Part shown: positions 37,768 through 50,585 of the stretch, piece after piece
Layout: each line of letters opens with the position of its first letter
Position numbering within the stretch: position 1 is the first letter of the stretch
Assembly (NCBI GenBank): GCA_951406725.2
Contig: OX597814.1
Span: 20,894,001-20,958,000 of the forward strand
Source: Octopus vulgaris
Lineage: Eukaryota
Length of the DNA: 64,000 nucleotides
Direction: 5' to 3'
Program-made: the position numbers and the translations under genes
The notes under the pieces: model-generated
Database searches by the model: none
What the model was told of the DNA's origin: nothing
What the model saw: only the letters and a program-made list of their open reading frames with translations

Positions 37768-37806
37768 TTTAATTCCTCTTTCAAATTTTCATGTATTCAG
37801 TATTCA

Positions 37807-37812
37807 AATAAA
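37807..37812 (+). terminator. Polyadenylation signal candidate of the NKRF-like gene
   Basis: AATAAA 40 nt after the stop codon, followed by a T/GT-rich downstream tract. Confidence 0.5.
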
Positions 37813-38829
37813 TGTTCTTGTCTTAAAAAAAAAGCATCTCATTTTTGTTAACTTTTGTTTAAAACTTATTTACTCTGTAAGCACATTTTCTATTGGCTGT
37901 TCATTTTACATTTACTTGGGAGAGAAGCTTTATGGAAAGTCTCTTCTCTCTTCTCAGAGTAAATTAAAAAAAAAAAAAGAAAGAAAACCCAAAGAAAAAC
38001 TTTTCTTCCTACATTTCATTTTGGCTTCAACATTTAATTACTTTATATTTGCTGACAGACTGATTCAACATGGTATGAGACTGTTATTAAAATGTAGAAA
38101 GCAAACTGTTTAAGCTGATAGAATATTGGACTATCAGTAGAATGGCCATGAATTCAAATTTCTTGCTGGTGTTTTGTTGTGTTTTTGAGAATTCTTAATT
38201 CATATATTGCTTAAGTTAATTTAAAGGCTAAAAATATGTAGCAAGCTTTCCAAGGAAATTTAGTTGCAATAATATACTAGTAGAAATTTGTTTTCCATTC
38301 ACATGATTCTATGATGACTAGAGTACATGTATATATGTACATGGAGCACCTATGATTCATTAAAATACATATTACATATTATCTTCAGTTCAGTATGATT
38401 TTATATATTTATACTGATTATCAAATGATTTGGATATAATGATTATTTAACTATTTTGAATCCTAAGAAAAATACTCAAGTTTATTTGAGGAGTAATTGA
38501 TAAAAACTAAAAAAAAACATTTATTGTGTATTAGACCTATTTTTATACCCTCCTGGTGTATAAGACCTGATAAAATAATAAAGGGAATGCAAACTAAAAT
38601 TGTTCCATATAAATTGGCACAAATAACAGAACATTGCCTGTTAAGTATTTTTTTAATATTTAGAGAACGCATGAGGTTCTGAATAAACTGAAGTTAAATC
38701 AGACCCAAGTAAGTTGAAGACACTATTTGATTGTTGAACCCTCATCTTTCCTCTGGTGATTACAATCATAAAATATTTTGGAGAAATATTACAGGTGTAT
38801 TTATATATGTTAGCAGAAACTGCCTTCTG

Positions 38830-39780
38830 ACTGGTTTTCCTTCAACTCCAGCATGTATCCGAGCATTGGGTTTGTCAGTCTCCTTGGCAGATGTTTGTGC
38901 CGAATGTGACTTTGGAGTCCAAGTCGGTGGTGAAAGAGTCGTGGGCAGAATTTGCACAGGATGGTTGGTGCGGGTCGAGGATGTTGAAGATGCTCCTCTC
39001 TTCAGCGTTTTACCTCCTCATTCTGTTGTCTGTTCTGCTTGAAGGAGCTGGTTTCAATGCAGATAGCAGTCCTCCTGGCTGTCCTATCCATGGCAGTCTG
39101 TTCCCATGAGGATGGCTGGATGTTAGTTTGAGTCAGGGTCTGTGTGAATTGGTCTTTAAAACAATTTCGGGCCTCCTCTGGGTCTTGTTCTGATTGCAAG
39201 TGCTCTAAAGCATGATCATTAGGAGATGAGAGGGTTTCATACACTGGATGTGACCTGCAACGGAGATGGTGGTGAAGAATAGTAGCTTTGCTTGGTAGTG
39301 AGGTGCAGTGAATAACCTCATTGTTGGTAATGTGATTTTCCCATCGAATATTGAAGATCTGTCGTGCCTTGGATTGCAGGAAGCATTCAAAGTGCTTGAA
39401 GTGATGGTAGGTACAGCATCCAAGTCTCACAAGTGTAGAGAAGAGTTGACAGGACACAAGCATGGAAGGCCATGATATTTGTCCAGATGGTCAGTGCGTG
39501 ATTGAAGAATACACATTGGCTGAGTCTACCGAAGGCGGAGTGGACCACCCTGATCTGGTTCTCCAAGTACTTTTCACATGGGGTGTGGTCTTTGAAAGAA
39601 TACTCCCAATGTATGAGAAGTATTCAACTTCTAGGGGTTGGCTGTTGATGCTAATGTTCTTAGGTGAACTGTTCTGGCCTGGTGCAGGTTGGATTAGTGT
39701 CTTGGTCTTTATGTTTACCTGCATCTCAAAGCATGAGATGCAGTATGCCACCCTGACTGTAGATGGCCTACAAAGGACAG
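38830..39780 (-). mobile_element. Degenerate RTE/BovB-like LINE 3' half
   Basis: NIKTKTLIQPAP, LEVEYFSYIGSILS, IFNIRWENHITNNEV and WEQTAMDRTARRTAI in shifting minus frames. Confidence 0.78.
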
Positions 39781-40045
39781 CTGATATATATATATATATA
39801 TGTACATTACATTATTTACATTTGATGGATATTTGTCCTCATCTTGTTTATTGTTAACACATTTCGGCTGTTATACTCTCTAGCCTTCATCAGGTGTCTT
39901 GGGGAAATTTTGAACCTGGGTTCTCATTCCTAAGGTATTTTTCGATGTTACTATTATTCAATCGAACTCGCAATCTTGGGGTTAGTATATATCACTTAAA
40001 TTACACCACATGTGGTCTTTTTTTCCTTATGACTTGTTTCAATTT

Positions 40046-40079
<34 letters not shown>

Positions 40080-40783
40080 GGTGTGTATATATATCTCAGT
40101 ATTTCATCATTATTTATTATTTGCATTTCATAAGGTGGTGAGCTGGCTGAATCATTGGCATACCGGGTAAAATGTTTAGTGGCATTTCAACTGTCTTTTC
40201 GTTCTGAGTTCAAATTCTGCTGAAGTTGACTTTGCCTTTCATGCTTTCAAGGTTGATAAAATAAGTACCATTTGAACTGGGGTGGGTGGGGGTCAATGTA
40301 ATCGACTTTCTTTCTGAAATTGTTGGCCTTGTGACAAAATTTGAAACCAATGTTTGCATTCCCTGCTGGATTGAGTTGGATGGTTTGACAGGATCCAATG
40401 AGCCTGAGGATTACATTGAGCTCACATACACATCTCAGTAGTTGAGGCTACATAAACATTTAATCAGTTGTTATTCATCCTCCTCCATGGCTGCAGTCTA
40501 TTGTCTGTGTGACTGATGGATGCTGCCTTTATGTATCATCATCATCATCATGTCTGCTTATCCATCGTTTCATGGGCCAGATAGATTTTTTTTTTTAATG
40601 ATTTGATGCTCTCCCTGTTGCCAACCTTTGCCTGTTTCAAAGCAAGTAATATTTTTCCTTAGCTGGACATATTTTCATGGGAAATTGGAATTAGACCCTA
40701 CTTGTATGATAGTGATGTTTATTTACAACACTCATGTGATATCAAGGCAAAGATGTATACACACACGTGTGCAAATATATGTA

Positions 40784-41348
40784 TTGGGTTGTCCGGAAAG
40801 TTCGTGCTGATTTTTAAAGAAAGGGAAAGGTCAATAAATACTTGCCATTACATTTTTAATCAACCAGATATGAACCATTTTGTTGCACAATGCGTCTCCA
40901 TCTTTCCTTTAACTTGAAAATACCCTCTTCCCAGAACTGAGATGGTTTCATGGTAAAGAATTCATCAAGGTATCTTTTTACGTCATCCAAGGAATTGAAA
41001 TTTTTGCCATTAAGACTGTTCTGCAGAGACCTGAATAAGTGGAAATCTGAAGGAGCAATATCTAGTGACTATGGAGGGTGGGGTAACACATCCCAGCCAA
41101 GCTGCAGCAATTTTTGTTTGGTTCCCAAAGCATCAAGTGTCGAAAATGAACTTTCTTATCTTCCATTTTAAAGGGTTACAGAATTAACACAGGTTATAGG
41201 AACATAAACTTTCTTCCACGAAAAGATAGCTTAAACTGTGCTCTAAATAGAGGTGTAGTCAAATCCTATTTTATGGACTCAACCTTGTTCTAAAATAAGT
41301 TGAAAGGTAAGCTACTATAAATCGGTACAAACTTTCCGGACAACCCAA
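40784..41348 (-). mobile_element. Internally deleted non-autonomous mariner, copy 1
   Basis: TA|TTGGGTTGTCCGGAAAGTT ... AACTTTCCGGACAACCCAA|TA; minus strand MEDKKVHFRHLML fused to GWDVLPHPP-SLDIAPSDFHLFRSL. Confidence 0.9.
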
Positions 41349-43202
41349 TATGTACATAATGGGCTTTTTTAGTTTACCCATGGTTTTGGTAAAGACATTT
41401 GTTGTCCAAATCATCTTACAGTAGTACTGAACTTACAAGGGAGGGAAGTGAACTTCTTCACCACACCCCACCCCACCCCATATATATGACATCATAAGAA
41501 TTTTATAAACTCTTGAGAAAATGTGAATTCTTTTTGGGAGCAGTGAATCTTGAAGCATAATAAAGCTGTAAAGTCTCTAAGTCCTCCTCTCTGCCACCTC
41601 AACACCCTCTTATCTCTCCCTCTTCTCACAGCACCTCTTCAAGTTCTCATCACCCCTTTCTGTTTTACTCTTTTATGTTCTCTCCTCTCACATCTTTTAC
41701 CTATATTCACTCTTATAATGTGGGATAGTACTGGATCCTCTTACCTACCCATCCCATCACCCTTACTACTCTGTCCTTTTCTTTTATTATTAATCTTTTT
41801 CTTTTTCTGTCCTGTCTATACACCCCTCTCAACAGTGTCTCCTCTCTTATTCTCTCCATTACTAATATTTCACAACAATAAGCCTGTTCCCATTATACTT
41901 TACTCCCTCTCATCAGCTTGCCTGAAGTTGTCACTCTCTCTTCTATTCACCTTTCAGCCATAGAGGTTTTTCAGTCTTACATGCTGCAAGGCTGGTGCCA
42001 TGTGTATAAAAAAAAAAAGCTAAGTACTTTACATAAAGTCATTGGTAAATCAAGTTGAGATGATGATGTAGGGTTGAGAAGACTCTGCAGTCTTGCCAGA
42101 GGAAAAAAAAAAAAAACTTCCTTGATGATGATGATTCCATGGAAAACGCATGCAGTACATTCTGTAAAGTGATTAGTGCTAGGAAGGACATCTAGTTGTA
42201 GAAACCATATCAAAACTAAGGCTTGAACCTGGAAATGTAGTTGCAAAGCAAACTACCCAGCCATACCTGCACTTACAAACAGTATTTAATTTTCAGCAAC
42301 TGTGCAATATGATTTACTTGATGCCATTTAAAAAAAATATTTTTGTTATTCTGTAGTCAGAGATGAAGGGCTGGGTCCTTTACAAACTCTGCTCAACTAA
42401 TGAGATTGATGTAATTAATGTTCGTTTTGAATATATGTAGACCCATCTGCAGTAAAAATCTAGGTGGAAGTTTAAGAAGATTGCAGTTCTGAAGTATAAT
42501 GATAGGTAGTTGAACTTATTGAAATGAGTTTTATTTTCTTAGTTTCTGTAACTGACCAATACTAAAGTATTTCCTAGTCTTGAAAAGGAAGGTGGGGTCT
42601 TGGGAAATATAATAGGTATTGCTTTATCAAATAATTTCTTTCTGAAATGTAGATTTTTGTGAAAATATATTTGTTTTTTTTCTACAAGTGAATTAATTAG
42701 TTATCTTAAGATTAGTAATGTAGTGCTGTTGGTTACTAACTGGTCTTCATGCAAAGTATATTTTGAATCAAGATGAAAGATTATTATTAAATGTAGAACC
42801 TACATTTAATTACATCATCATCATTGTTTAACATCCGTTTTCCATGCTGGCATGAGTTTGACATGGATCTGTCCAGGCTCCAATTGTCTGTTGTGGCATG
42901 GTTTCTACAGCTGAATGCCCATCCTAATGCCAACCATTTTACAGGGTACGCTGGATACTTTTCATGTGCCACTGGCATGAGTTCATTTTACATGGCACTG
43001 GCACCTGTAAAACACAAGCCTGTATGTATGGAGGAATTACAACTGTTTCGTGGTCTGCTACCACAACAGCTCCTTTATAGGATCCAGTTAGCTCAAGACA
43101 TCATCAGGAGAAACCATGTCCGGTTTCGGCCCCTACTCCTCTACCGTTTTGACGTGGTGGGGCCCCCACTTTCGGAGGTGTCTTCAGCTCTGGTGTTGGG
43201 TG

Positions 43203-43800
43203 TGTAATGAAACTGGTTAATTCTTTACACTGTTCGGATGCAACCAATTTCCTTTCTTTAATTTCCAGAATCTACCAGTCAGGAACAAAAACACAACCTT
43301 GAAAATATATATACTCTTTATTTCTTATTTACAAAAGAAGTATGTTGGTATATTGGTATCCACTTGGTTCGGTATAGCAAGGCTGAACTTTAACATTTGT
43401 AAGATTCTTACAACAAATTCAGCAGCAACAGAGCAGGTCAAATTCTAAGCGTCTGGGACAGGAGAATGGCTGATCACATGTTTAACACGTCCTTTCTCTT
43501 CAATAGCCATGTCTCAAGTCAAAGACGCTAACAAGGAACGCGATAGAATTTTTTTCCCCAGCCTCTTGCGCATGTACATGAGGGAACTTCCTTAGGCCTT
43601 GCCAGAAGGTTCCAGCCCTGCACACGCACACTGAAGAATGACATTGCGTGTGCGCACACTGGAAAATGACGTCACTACAGGTGCATGTCTTCTTTCTTCT
43701 GTTCCCTGGCCTCTTCGATGTAGCGTCAATGAGTGTCAGCGGGCGACTGACTGACTTGTCAAATTTTTCCCCTTTAAATACAGTGCTTACCGTCATCATA
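43203..43800 (-). mobile_element. Solo-LTR-like element
   Basis: TGTAATGA...TCATCATA imperfect inverted termini, CpG-rich, minus-strand TATTTAAAG and AATAAA, CRE TGACGTCA near 43667. No TSD recognised. Confidence 0.4.
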
Positions 43801-43809
43801 TGACAAACT

Positions 43810-44270
43810 GCCAATATATTGAGAGAAAAAATTAGTTGTAAGAAGAAGCAGATGTATTGTGTAAGGGAAATGACTGCATTGGTTTGGTCATAATGTGTAT
43901 TAATAAGGACAGTAGCATAAAGAGGTGATGGCTGCTTAACATAGATGGAACTTATGGAGGAATGAGACCATGGTAAACATGGGATGAAATAGTGAAGGTT
44001 AATCTGAAGATGCTGAACTTCATGGAGGAGATGGCAAAGGACAGAGAATTGGTAATTTGCTGTGCCCAAGAAGACCTGTCTATCACTGCAAAAATGAAGT
44101 ACAAAAAAAACATTCTGTTTATGCTTGTAAGTGCCAGGCTCTTCCCCATCAAGCATTTCCTACATCTCACCCTTCTAACACCATTCCCAACAGCCATCAC
44201 TCTATGGCACTTCTCAAGGGCTGAATCTGTCAGTATTAGCCGGTCATGTATGGAAAAATGAAGACCACCT
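43810..44270 (+). mobile_element. 5'-truncated old RTE copy (similar pieces at ~21810-21940 and ~30550-30870)
   Basis: VKVNLKMLNFMEEMAKDREL parallels VKHDLRALGLTEAMAKDRDL at the end of the 17780 ORF. Confidence 0.55.
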
Positions 44271-44758
44271 CCCACTGTGGGATGAAGTTAGAATAACCGA
44301 CAGAGAACACCAGTGGAAAATACCAGTTACTCCATCCTAATCTTATAAAACTATCCCTCACCCCCATCATACTTTAGACTCTCAACACCAGGCATAAAGT
44401 CCTCTTCCCCTCTCAAACAACTTGTCAATGGGACTTTTTCCTGTTTTGCAAGTTACATAACCTCATTAGTGTTTGTGGTATGATAAAGCGTTCAGTCTAG
44501 TGATTAGGATTAGAGAGGGCATTGAAACCATGCCAAGCTGACATTGAAACTTGGTATAGCCTTGTGGTTTACTAGATCCTGACAAACTGTCCATCCCATG
44601 CAAGTATGCTAGAGTGGATGCTAAATGAGTAAGATGATAATGAAGAGTATCAGGATTATCATTTTAATGTCTAATTTTTTCATGTATAGGTTGGACAGAA
44701 TTAATTGAAGCAGATTTTCTATAACCTGATGTCCTTCCTTTCATCAACTCACCTAATA

Positions 44759-46178
44759 TCAGGGTCAGTAAGAACAAGTGTATTGAAATAGTTATTATAG
44801 AAGATTGACAACACATTGAGACTAGATATATTTAGATATATCTAATCTTTGCCTTTAGTGAAGATTTCAAGTGAATGGAATAGATATTTCATAAGTTATG
44901 AGGAAACATTCAACTGTCAACAGCAGCTTGTGGGAGACAACCAGTGTCCTGTGATGAAAAACAAAGGATTGTGTGCCTTCACCAAGAGGCTAAGTCAAAT
45001 TCTGTGATAGCAAATACTGTAGGAAAGTCTAAAAGTGTTGTGCAGCGAATTGTAGCTCGTTTTAAATCATCAGGATCGACAGATGCTAAACCCCAAACAG
45101 GTAGACCTTGCAAAACTTCACCAAAGATCATATTATGGTTAGAATGTCACTGAAGGATAGGTTTAAGAGTGCTGCTGAGATATTCAGTGAGTTTAGCTCC
45201 ATTTCCAATGTCAATGTATCACACAACTCGAAAGTTATGAGGTTCTGGGTTGCTTGCTTGGACAGCGACAAAAAAACCTCTGATCTCCAAGAAGAATCAA
45301 AGAGCCTGTCTTTGTTTCGCTCATAAATATGTTATTTGGACAGAAGAACTGATTGCAGGTTCGTTTTGGTGATGAATTGAAGTTAAATGTGATTGGTTCT
45401 GATGGTGGGATGTCCATCCAATGAAGAAGTGGCAAAAAGTTATTTTGTGCATGTGTGAAGAAGACAGTGAAATATGAAAGAGGCAGTGTAATGGTATGTG
45501 GAGTGATCTCTGTTGCTGGTCCTGGTCCACTTATTCACCTACAAAGGGCTGTCAATGCTGAAATCTACAAACAGATTCTTAAACAGCATGCCCTTCCATA
45601 TCTCTGATCCTTGTCAGTTCAATCTCCTATCTTCATGCAGGACAATGCACCCTATCAGACTGCAAAGAGAGTCAAAGATTTTTTGAATGATGAAGGGGTT
45701 TATCTCATAGACTGGCCACCTCAAAGTCCCGATCTCAACCCTGTAGAAAATGTTTGGAAGATTGTTGGAGATGGGGTGGAAAGGAGAAATTCAAAGAACA
45801 AAGATGAACTCTGGGAATTATAGAAAAATGAATGGAACAACATCACTCCATCATTTTGCAAGAAATTAATTCAGCCCTGTGATACCAGATTTCAGGAGGT
45901 CATTGATAGTAAAGGGATGTTCACAAAATATTAATAGTAAAGGTTTCTTTTTAGTTCTTGTTCCATTTTTCATTGTTTTTCTAAGTGACTCTTAACATTT
46001 GGCCATTGTATTCTGGAAGATTATTTGTCTATTTCCTTATAACTTACGAAATATTTATTCCATTCACTTGAAATTTTCATGAAAGATAGATATTAGATAT
46101 ATGTAAAATGTCTAGTCTCAACATTTTGTTAATCTTCTATAATAAATATTTCAGTACACTTGTTTTTACTGACCCTTA
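44759..46178 (+). mobile_element. Decayed full-length Tc1-like transposon
   Basis: TIRs AGGGTCAGTAAGAACAAGTGTATTGAAATA / TATTTCAGTACACTTGTTTTTACTGACCCT with TA flanks; HTH KQRIVCLHQ..IANTVGKSKSVVQRIV..GRPCKTSP; FMQDNAP, WPPQSPDLNPVENVW. Confidence 0.9.
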
Positions 46179-46289
46179 TATTACGGCCACTTCTGTATAT
46201 GTATGTATGTCCATAAATTATCTTTACAACTTACACAATTTATTGTATCTATTAAAGTTGAGATCCATCAATCAACTTCTTTGCATGTT

Positions 46290-46640
46290 AAATGTGCCAC
46301 TTGCAACCGGCAATTATTTTCCGCCAAGATGATGTGCCACCCATTTGGGGTCGAGTGTTCAAGAGTTTCTTAATGAAACCTAATGAAACTAACCCTAACC
46401 CAAACTGGTCGATTGGAAGAGGAAGCCCAGTTACTTGGTCACCTAGGTCTCTAGATATAACCCCTCTAAGCTTCTTATGGAGCTACATTAAAGACAAAGT
46501 CTATTGTACACAAGTTCAAAACCCCAGCAGTCTCAAAGAAAAAGTACATCAAGTTATACTCAACATTGATGAGGGGATGCTTTAACACTGACGATTAGAA
46601 ATTTAGTATCATTTAGACATGTTGTGTGTAACCAATGGAG
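46290..46640 (+). mobile_element. Tc1/mariner (rosa/DD41D-like) transposase 3' fragment
   Basis: IIFRQDDVPP..WSIGRGSPVTWSPRSLDITPLSFLWSYIKDKVY. Confidence 0.75.
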
Positions 46641-46664
46641 TCAATGTGGCAGTGTTCTGATATT

Positions 46665-47970
46665 TCTCAGGTCAGGTGTGGGGAATGCACCATTGTAGTG
46701 CGTTGCTGCAATCTCCATTTGTATATTCCTGGGTCCTCCTGAGTGACCTGTCAAGTAGAATCCTAATCAGTCTCCATCTCTGCAAGATACCTCTTCATCT
46801 GCTATGACCATGTGGCATGTGGTCAACCAGCACAAGCAGTCAACCCAACTGGATCTTTTAGCTAAGAACAAGCAGCCTGCGCTGGTGCTCCAGAATCATG
46901 TTACAGTATACATCTGAGTAGAGTTGGATATGAAATCCAACTAACGGTAACCCTTAATCCTGTGAAGCAACCCACTTGCTGAACTGGAGTCTTAGACTCT
47001 GATGGCACACTTCTGATGGAGGAACCCAAGGTGGTAGCTCACTGGACATCATAGTTTGAGTGTATTAAGTGGACCCACATAGTACTGAGCTGAATACCAT
47101 GATACCTTCAGCACTGGTGACTGACCAGCCAGTCAGTTGTGATCTGCCATCCGAAGAAGAGGTTTGTATGGCAGTAAATCAGCTGAAAGACAGGAAGGTG
47201 GCTGGTGTTTGTGGCTTCCTTGGGGAAATGATCAAGAAAGGTGTGCCTGCTGTAGTCTTGTTCTTCTGGCAGATAATCTACTCAATCTGGAGCAGTGGCA
47301 CAATACTGTCTGACCGGATCAGAGGCATAATAATCCCCACTGGAAAGGCAAAGGTGACATCCACAACTGCAACAACTATAGGGCTGTTGTACTCCTCTCA
47401 ATGCCCAGTAAGGTCTTTGCCAGAGTCATCCTTAACAGAGTGTGAAATCATTGACTTGCATCTCAGTAGTTGGAGCAGTCAGGGTTCATGCCAAAAGAGG
47501 TCAACAACTGACAGGATCATGGCTCTTTGTGTACTTGTTAAATGCAAATGAAGCTTTTGGCAGGGCTATTTTCAGTCTATGGTGACCTCTGCAAGGTGTT
47601 TGACTCAGTGGATAGGTATGTGCTTTAGAGGAATCTGGAGCTGTGAGGTATATCTCCTCAACTGATTGGGTTGATGATGGCCTTGTATACTGGAACAGTT
47701 AGTGCAGTTTGGATTGGGGGCTCAGTATCAGGACTTTTTCCTATTTAGATCTGGGGTCCAACTTCTCTCCCACTTTGTTGAATGCCTGCATAGATTGAAT
47801 ACTTGGCTGAATGGTGGCTTAATTGAGTTGTGGTAAACTCATTGGTGAAACTAGGATTACAGATCAAGATTTTGCTGATGATACAGTTATTCTTGCTTAG
47901 TCTCTGGATGTCTTAAAAAGTACTCTCTTTTCACTCAGTGAGGAAGCAGAACCACTTGGCCTTGATGTTT
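46665..47970. mobile_element. RTE LINE insertion with internal inversion (3' end on minus 46665-46900; RT core on plus ~46940-47970)
   Basis: Minus: PHATWS-QMKRYL...CCCCACACCTGACCTGA tail. Plus: PSEEEVCMAVNQLK, WKGKGD..CNNYR, RSTTDRIMAL, DFADD. Confidence 0.72.
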
Positions 47971-48509
47971 CTAATAAAACTTTATTTGTTTGCCTATGCT
48001 TTCCAATAAACTCTGTTGAGTTACCTTTATTTTTCATTTTTTCTGAATGTTTCAAATTGCAAAGGTAATTTATGGGCATCCTGTATGATAAACTTCTTTC
48101 AGTTTCTATCTACCAAATCCACTCACAAAATTTTAATAGGCCCGGATTCTACAAAAAGAGATTTGCCATGTATTAGGACTAAATCACAAACTACATAGTT
48201 GGTAACTTAGCATCTTAAGCACACAACCATATTACTATATCATTTTATAGCATTATACATGTAAACATTTGGTCAAAATGTAAATAAAGCCAACACATAT
48301 TGTTTGCAATAAAGTAGAAAATTTATCAACTTCTATTTCCAATAACTAGAGAAATTTCATTTTCCTTTTTAATTTGATTTTAGTATAACTATCTTTGACA
48401 TATTTGAGAAAAATCTTGATTTACTATCAATATATTTTAACAAACATTCCTTTTAAGAGACATTTCTGTTCTTTAATTCTATTTTTGGTTAAAACCAGAA
48501 CATATTGAT

Positions 48510-48656
48510 TTATGTAATTGTTTTTAGTACATTTTCAATCATGGAATCATCTTCAGTGCTGTATGGTATCGTCACTTGAAGACATGGGTTGTCCTTCATG
48601 GTCAGCTTAATTGTCTCTCGAGCCTTCAAATTACCTGACCAACTGCGACGAGCAAC
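48510..48656 (-). CDS. UROC1: Urocanate hydratase terminal coding exon (VARRSWSGNLKARETIKLTMKDNPCLQVTIPYSTEDDSMIENVLKTIT*)
   Basis: CTTATAG| acceptor; VARRSWSG continues WDVSNG as in eukaryotic urocanases; TAA at 48512-48510. Confidence 0.93.
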   Translation of the reverse strand, partial: VARRSWSGNLKARETIKLTMKDNPCLQVTIPYSTEDDSMIENVLKTIT

Positions 48657-48789
48657 CTATAAGGTGAAATAGATTCATTTTACTTTCTTAGATTATAACT
48701 ATTAAAAAAAAAAAGAAAATATTTTACTTTGTTTTTGTAGCTAGTTTGTAAGATTCTTTATGTGAATTTGTGTGTTGAAACAAATTTTG

Positions 48790-49045
48790 TTGTCTAGAGA
48801 GAGTCATTATGCTGGTTCAATTCCACTCCTTTATCATTAATCAATTAGTTAAATGTCCAACTAACTAATTTTTATTTTTCTATTTATTTTTGCTTGTCAA
48901 AGTTCTTTCGTTGCTACTTGCTACCTTTTCAAACAAAAACAAAACAAATTAGTTAGTTGGATATTTAACCAATTGCCTAATAATAAAGGAGTGGAATTGA
49001 ACTAGCATGTGTCAATTATATTGGCATAATGACTCTCCCCATACA
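48790..49045. repeat. Imperfect inverted repeat / MITE-like hairpin
   Basis: ATGCTGGTTCAATTCCACTCCTTT..GTTAAATGTCCAACTAACTAATTTT pairs with AAAATTAGTTAGTTGGATATTTAAC..AAAGGAGTGGAATTGAACTAGCAT; outer GAGAGTCATTATGC/GCATAATGACTCTC. Confidence 0.8.
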
Positions 49046-49157
49046 CAAAATATTTTGTTTATGTGAAATAATTAGTTTTTTAATGGCTGAACTATTAACT
49101 TTATCTGCTTAAAGTTTAATTGACAAAATATTTCATTTGTTTGAAACTATCACATAT

Positions 49158-50053
49158 TTACTCTTTACTTGTTTCAGTCATTTGACTGTGGCCATGCTGG
49201 AGCACCGCCTTCAGTCGAGCAAATCGACCCCAGGACTTATTCTATGTAAGCCTAGTACTTATTCTATCAGTCTCTTTTGCCGAACCGCTAAGTTACGGGG
49301 ATGTAAACACACCAGCATCGGTTGTCAAGCAATGTTGGTGGGGACAAACGCAGACACACAAACATATACACATGCGCACATATATACATATATATACATA
49401 TATAATTGACAGGCTTCTTTCAGTTTCCGTCTACCAAATCCACTGACAAGGCTTTGGTCGGCCCAAGGCTATAGTAGAAGACACTTGTCCAAGGTGCCAC
49501 GCAGTGGGACTGAACCCGGAACCATGTGGTTTGTAAGCAAGCTACTTACCACACAGCCACTCCTATGCCTTGAAAAATTTTGTTAGCTTCTATAAACTTG
49601 AATTAAATATAATTTTTTTAAAAGCATACATAAAATATTCTGACTTAACGATCAGAGAGAATCTTATTTAACCCTTTAGCATTCAGATTACTCTGCCAAA
49701 TGTAATGCATATGAATTCACATTGCTTTGAATTAATCATGCATTAGATTGTAGATTCAAGAATTTGATGATGTGATTGCTATTTTTAGAATTGCATTGTA
49801 GGGTAGGTGTGGAAAGCTGCATCTCTTTTACTCTTTTACTTGTTTCAGTCAATTGGACTGTGGCCATGCTGGAGCACCGCCTTTAGTTGAGCAAATCGAC
49901 CTCAGGACTTATTCTTTGTAAGTTTAGTACTTATTCTATTAGTCCCCTTTTGCCAAACCGCTAAGTTACGGGGACGTAAACACATCAGCATTGGTTGTCA
50001 AGCGATGTTGGGGGAACAAACACAGACACACTAACATGTACACACGCACATAC

Positions 50054-50086
<33 letters not shown>

Positions 50087-50544
50087 CACATACATATTTA
50101 CGACGGGTTTCTTTCAGTTTCCATCTACCAAATCCACTCACAAGGCTTTGGTCGGCCCGAGGCTATAGTAGAAGACACTTGTCCAAGATGCCACACAGTG
50201 GGACTGAACCCAGAACTATGTGGTTGGTAAGCAAGCTACTTATCACACAGCCACTCCTACGCCTAATCTGTCTATTTTGAAAATAAAACTGGTTGAAAAT
50301 TTGGATCAGACATGGTTTTAGTCATTTGACTGCAGCCATGCTGGAGCACTGTCTTAAAAGGTTTTAGTTGAAGAAATCAACTTCAGGACTTATTCCTTGT
50401 AAGCTTAGTACTTATTCTATTGGTCTCTTTTCCCAAACTGCTAAGTTATGGGGATGTAAACACACCAACATTGGTTGTCAAGTGATGGGGGGGGGGGGGG
50501 TCAAACACAAAAACACACCTACATAAATAATTACACACACACAC

Positions 50545-50585
<41 letters not shown>

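Noticed and set aside
43160-43192. Minus-strand CTGAAGA-CACCTCC-GAAA
   Set aside because: No stem II can form between the two core boxes.
43500-44156. 218-aa minus-strand ORF
   Set aside because: Spans the junction of an LTR-like element and an RTE fragment; no coherent domain or splice signals.
49490-49570. tRNA gene candidates from A/B boxes
   Set aside because: These are SINE heads; there is no cloverleaf and they continue into the SINE body.
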